A stretch of 64,000 bases of DNA from Mobula hypostoma (taxonomy: Eukaryota). The notes under the pieces are model-generated. The model had not been told where the DNA came from, ran no database searches, and saw only the letters and a program-made list of their open reading frames with translations. Shown piece by piece: positions 60,559 through 64,000 of the stretch. Position numbers and translations under genes: made by a program. The stretch lies in contig NC_086097.1 of NCBI RefSeq assembly GCF_963921235.1, positions 83,514,001-83,578,000 on the forward strand, given 5' to 3'. How positions within the stretch are numbered: position 1 is the first letter of the stretch; every line of letters begins with the position of its first letter.

Positions 60559-63192
60559 GTAAGTCAAAGAGAAATGCTGACTAATAGTATAATATTTATA
60601 ACTTGGCAGAGGTTTTTATTGAAGGGCTGAATGCAAGGAGAAATCATGCAATTCACAGAAGTTATTAGAACAGTTCTCAGTTTTGAATGCACTATAGGTG
60701 TTGTTCACTGTATTACACTGTTTAAAGAAAGGTCTTTCAGTTTGGCAGCAGTAATATTGGGTATGGGATTTTTGCATGTCTTATTTGGAATGTTATCTGA
60801 ACATGAAAGCCTTTGATAAATTTTTGTATTTACTGGTTTGAAATTTATTTAATAAAGGTCTTCATTTTGGCTAGTTCCATGACATTCTGAATTTTGTACA
60901 TGGTGTGATGTCAAGGTCTTGATTCATCAAACTACTCTTCATGAGAGGGAGCTAATGCAAGGCATATATATTCATCCTTGTGAATGTAGGAACTGGGACA
61001 TAATGCTGGAGGAAACTGTGTGTGTGTATGTCGCAGGGGTCTGGAAGATTAGAGAGAGAAGCAATTGTCATTGAATGGAATTGTAATTGAGGGCAATGAT
61101 TTTGAAAATGGGGAGTCAATGAAAGGAAGCAAGTGCAGAATAATGTTTTCCCCAGATGCAGCTATTCAAATTGAGAACTGGTATAAAGCATAAATAGAAC
61201 CTGCTTTGCATTAACTATGAAGATCTTGTATATTATTGCATTGATCCTGGGAAGCTGCCGGTGTCTAAAAGTAGGTTTCAGTGGTATCAAGAATGAGCTG
61301 AATGATACGCTGGAGGTTTAAGTAGACACTGCTAATGATAATAACGTGAAATTTGATATTGAAGTGGAAATCTGACAGGAGTTTGTGTCTTTCAGTTTGG
61401 TCTGAGCAATTGACCCCAGTGATTGGTTGAATAAGGGCAAGTGTACTTGGTTTTCTATGAAAGCTTGAGTCGTGCCTTTTTTTTGCAGGAGAAAGCAATG
61501 GTGGAAAACTGGGTTTGAAATACTAAACTTAGATTGCAATAACAAGCAGTATTATTTGTGTACTCATTACCTGACAACTTTAAGTGAATGTGTTATCCAA
61601 CCTGATTTGTCCAGTGAACACTGAATGTTCTTTTGAAAATTCAGATTGTACATGGTGGTTAATGTTACAGCAGTAATGCATAACCTGTGCAGCAGATAAT
61701 TGTACTGCAACAATATTTATGCTTTGATGTGGCAATTCATCTTGGTGTACTTAGAACATTGTCAAGCAAGACTTGATGCTGGGATACAAGAAGATAGTAA
61801 GACAGAGGATGGAAAGGCAGGTTATAGTGCATCTTAAAGGGGAAAGGGAGTCAAGGAAAGTATACCAGATAAGCAAAGTTGAGTAATGGAATTATTTAAA
61901 TTTGAGAATATTAGGCCATTTTTAATGGAACATGGATATTTCAAGGTGTACAGAGTTTGAGGGAAATTAAAATGGCCACGAGGGATTTGAAAATTGATAA
62001 TTTTAAATATCAAGACATAAATTAGTCTTCATCAGTAAGCACATTAATTTGAAAGCAGAAAGATGTGAGTTAACACTGGAACAGCAGAATTTTGAATAAG
62101 AGATTGGGGTGAGGAAAACAAATTGGCAGTGTCCATATGCCTAATTCATTACAATATAGTAACTGGTTATATCTAGAGGTTGCATGCTCATGGATGAAAG
62201 ATTTAGCCGCAGATAGCTGGTGCAGGTACTGAGTCAAGTGATATTACAAGGGTGGAAATCAGAAATCTTAGTGATGAGGATATCTTAAGGATATGGTGAG
62301 AAGGGAGGTGTATGGGGTTGAGTGGGATCTGGGATCAGCCATGGTGAAATGGCAGAGCAGGCCCAATGGCTTAATTCTGCTCCTATGTCTTTACAGACTT
62401 ATGGACATCTCGCTTCAATTAAATACACCCTGGCAAGTCTGCTTCCAGAATATCAAATTCAGGTCTGGTCTTCCTATTGTGAACGACCAGTTGCTACAAA
62501 GGTTCGCAGTCTGCAGCTCCTCTTAATATCAGATAGGATGCCAAGATTGTGATCTGTCTGATTTTTAGACTATTACCAGGTAGAGAAGTGGTAAGACATG
62601 AGAACAGTTGGTAGTAGACTTGGTCTTCCCAAGTTTTAGTTGGAGGACATTTCTGGCCACCTATTATGGATATCAGATAAGCAGCCTGAAAGTCCAGATA
62701 CTGTAGTGAGATCAAGAGATGTGGAAAAGTAGACATGAATCTTATTACTGACTCTGCAGTAGCTATATTTTGGATGTTGTTGTGATGCAGCATGAAGATG
62801 AAAATAGATGAGAGGTTTGGTTAGATACTTGGAACACCAATATTACAATTTCAGACACAGGAAGAGAAGCAATTGATGATGATTCTCTTGCCCTAACTAA
62901 TGATTGATATTTTCATGTGAGTGGATTTGGGAAGCTGAGCATGGATTTGGAAAGCAGTAACACAGTCAATGAATTTAGACAGAAAAAGGATCTTGGAGAA
63001 AGGATTGCAATTAACAATATGACCTCCACCATGCTGTGACAAATTTCTTTTTTACACATTGTTTTTCGGGGTAATGAGGTTGTCAGGTGAATTTAGTTTT
63101 TTTCTGCTTTTCCCATTGTTCCATAGTTAATAGTTTTTCTACGGTTATTAATCACACAAATTTAACACACTCCATATCTGAATTTTTTTCAG

Positions 63193-63329
63193 CACTGAAA
63201 TTGTGAATGTTTTCCCACATGATGATGCTGTATATGGCCTTTCTGTGAGTCCTGTGAATGATAATGTGTTTGCCAGTTCGTCTGACGATGGCAGAGTTCT
63301 TATCTGGGATATACGGGACTGCCATGGAG
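63193..63329 (+). CDS. DCAF5: DCAF5 coding exon 4 (absent from the ORF track); gene continues beyond the window
   Basis: Acceptor tttttttcag|C; TEIVNVFPHDDAVYGLSVSPVNDNVFASSSDDGRVLIWDIRDCHG with a WDxR (DWD) motif; donor GGAG|gtacgt. Confidence 0.95.
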
Positions 63330-63519
63330 GTACGTATGAAGTGTCATAAAGCTGGACTAATATGTGGTGGTCCCTAATGAGATCTTCCTAGGTTCCATAT
63401 TGATCAAGGATGACCTGCTTTAATTGCAGTTCTGAGGTGACTGTTGAGGTAAATTTTGGATCTGCATACTTTGCTGCAGATCAGGCAGGAGGTGAGTAAT
63501 GAGGTTGCACATGCCTTCG

Positions 63520-64000
63520 CAAACAATGCTAGTGAACGCAGCAGGCCAGGCAGCATCTATAGGAAGAGGCACAGTCAACGTTTCTGGCCGAGACCCTTCG
63601 TCAGGACTAACTGAAAAAAGAGATAGTAAGAGATTTGAAAGTGGGAGGGGGAGGGGAGATCCAAAATGATAGGAGAAGACAGGAGGGGGAGGAATGGAGC
63701 TAAGAGCTGGAAAGTTGATTGGCAAAAGGGATACGAGGCTGGAGAAGGGAGAGGATCATGGGACGGGAGGCCTAGGGAGAAAGAAAGGGGGAGGGGAGCC
63801 CAGAGGATGGGCAAGGAGTTATAGTGAGAGGGACAGAGGGAGAAAAAAGGGGGGGATAAATAAATAAGGGATGGGGTACGAAGGGGAGGTGCGGCATTAA
63901 CGGAAGTTAGAGAAGTCAGTGTTCATGCCATCAGGTTGGAGGCTACCCAGGCGGACTATAAGGTGTTGTTCCTCCAACCTGAGTGTGACTTCATCTTGAC
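63520..64000 (-). mobile_element. Penelope-like element 3' end (runs off the window)
   Basis: Near-identical to 25308-25719 joined to 26428-26525. Confidence 0.9.
63572..63609 (-). ncRNA. Minimal type-I hammerhead ribozyme motif (core boxes intact; triplet GUU)
   Basis: Minus strand UAGUC-CUGACGA-AGGGUCUCGGCCA-GAAA-CGUU-GACUG. Confidence 0.7.

Overview
Vertebrate genomic DNA, almost certainly a cartilaginous fish and probably a ray (inferred from HE1/V-SINE-like, CR1, Rex1 and Penelope repeat content). It holds three protein-coding genes, each starting in a CpG island. (1) A complete 3-exon type-I acyl-CoA thioesterase (ACOT1/2-like, + strand, 3893-15354, 444 aa) with an Arg-rich N-terminal extension. 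(2) An intronless TMEM187 CDS (- strand, 20912-21709). (3) The first four coding exons of DCAF5/WDR22 (+ strand, 39705-63329, continuing past the window). Most other ORFs in the track are transposon debris: CR1, Rex1/Babar-like and L1-clade LINEs, Tc1, Tigger/pogo and hAT DNA elements, two solo LTRs, a Sushi-like Gypsy remnant, and Penelope-like elements (PLEs). Three signals are not captured by the ORF track. First, a dispersed family of PLE-derived elements carries a minimal type-I hammerhead ribozyme (about 10 copies, 4 with intact CUGANGA and GAAA boxes). Second, these elements are repeatedly inserted as fold-back inverted duplications of 8 bp to about 1.2 kb, and one junction falls on the predicted ribozyme cleavage site. 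Third, a frameshifted class-I endogenous retrovirus integrase fragment sits in ACOT intron 1. All family assignments are from motif recognition only; no database search was run.
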